Positions 62,748 through 64,000 of a stretch of 64,000 nucleotides of DNA are shown in pieces; position 1 is the stretch's first letter, and every line of letters starts with the position of its first letter. The notes under the pieces were generated by a model. It saw only the letters and a program-made list of their open reading frames with translations. It did not search any database and had not been told where the DNA came from. Made by a program: the position numbers and the translations under genes. Source of the stretch: Utricularia gibba (Eukaryota > Plantae > Magnoliophyta). The stretch covers positions 1,922,001 through 1,986,000 of the forward strand of contig NEEC01000008.1 in the NCBI GenBank assembly GCA_002189035.1. Direction: 5' to 3'.

Positions 62748-63837
62748 TTAACCGGCCTCAGAACTAGAAATCCTCGTGCCACTCATTAGATAACCACCAG
62801 ATGAGCTCATCTGCATAAACGGATGGCTTCTTGATGGAAGCACCTGAATGTTTGAAAGAATGCATATGATTATACGATACAGACAGCAGACAAAAGAGAG
62901 CCGGAGGGGGTTTCTGATAAGATTTCCTCTTGATTGTGAAGTGTTATGCACCTGATATTCGCGTAACCATGGCTCGGAAAGCTGCAAGCCAATGGCCATT
63001 TTCTCCATCTGAAGATTGTGCATACATGTCGCAAGAGGCTGGAAACAGGAATGATTGAGTATACATGTTCATAAAAGTCTGAAAAGGGTGTCTGAAATTG
63101 CTTTACGAAAATGTGTCACCTGCAGATATTGGTGATAAACCACGAATGGTGCTGAGTGGGATAGAAGGGGTAAAAGTTCTTTGATGATCCCCCAAGCATC
63201 ACAATTCGGGGCTGCAACGATCAGACTAAAAAAAGAAATGCACGGAATGAGCTACAAAATCAACCGAAAAGCATGCAAATTCAAACACTACATACCTGGA
63301 AAATCCATTTTCCCTCCAGAATTTGATGACTTCAGGGGCCGCCTTCCCTCCGGATTTGACCTTTTTAATTTCTTGTGAAGAAGCTGTGGCATCACTGGCT
63401 CCGTCTATATCTCCAATGATATCACCTTCTGAACTTGGCAAGATTGCATCTGAAGGGCATCGTACATCTTCCTGCAGAAGAACAATGATGTATTCTCAAG
63501 ATAGCATGAGAATTTTGTGTAAGTACAGCACAAGAAACAGGACCTACTTCTGGCTTGGTTCCATTGCTGCAGACATTCTCAAGGTTGTTTGTGGATGCAA
63601 AAACTGCATCATCAGATCTTAACTCAGCTAATGAACAGTGCACGATCCTTGAAAGACGGGAAGAGTTGCAGACGTTACCCCCAACGACTTATAAACATGA
63701 TGAATTAACAATTGATTTCAAATGATGATAAAACAAGGTGTACCTCTGGCATGTTTCATCACTAAAGTTGAACATTCTGATTATGCTGGAAGGATATGGT
63801 TTGGTTCCATAATATGTATTGCAAGCATAGCCCAATC
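62748..63837 (-). CDS. TRM6: tRNA (adenine-58-N1) methyltransferase non-catalytic subunit TRM6/Gcd10, 3' part; 5' end beyond the window
   Basis: Exons encode GYACNTYYGTKPYP..IRMFNF, SLIVAAP..LLPLLSHSAPFVVYHQYLQ-PLATCMH..LQLSEPWLREYQ-VLPSRSHPFMQMSSSGGYL, the Gcd10p C-terminal signature. Confidence 0.87.
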
Positions 63838-64000
63838 CTGCAGAGGATCCAAATAAGGATTCGGGCAATTATAAAACATAAAAAGTCCACAAAAAGCAGA
63901 TCAGAGTATGTTTATCAACAGATTGCCATCCAAAAAGGTAGCAAATTTTAAATTGTTTTTCTAGGAAAAAAAACATGCGCTATCTCACAAATTTGATCAA

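Noticed and set aside
1-64000. CRISPR arrays, rRNA, autonomous transposon or viral ORFs
   Set aside because: No repeat-spacer arrays, rRNA signatures, or RT/integrase/transposase motifs were seen in the sequence or the ORF track.

Overview
Gene-dense eudicot plant nuclear DNA with short GT-AG introns and AT-rich intergenic spacers. I find 19 protein-coding loci, one pseudogene and two tRNA genes. In order: Pumilio (APUM12-like), WPP-domain pseudogene, APO1, CYP707A, SAP30-like AFR, PEX11A, JAC1-like auxilin, IDD zinc finger, Rf-like PPR, HAD 5'-nucleotidase, KCS, tRNA-Ala(AGC), bHLH110-like, thioredoxin h, DREB2-type AP2, TFIIF beta, tRNA-Glu(CTC), V-ATPase c, DUF248-type methyltransferase, ARF5/MONOPTEROS, filament-like plant protein and the 3' part of TRM6. 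Gene models were built by hand from recalled family motifs and splice phases; no database search was run. I did not find a wholly new multi-gene system. The strongest second-look items are: (1) a 72-nt, stop-free, in-frame intron in the ARF5 PB1 domain at the position of the Arabidopsis MP11ir retention event, plus stacked uORFs; (2) a WPP gene that has lost its WPP motif; (3) four apparent 1-bp deletions in G/C runs in JAC1, IDD (two) and DREB2, more likely assembly errors than biology; (4) an Rf-like PPR with a 210-bp internal duplication whose RNA-code residues have diverged.
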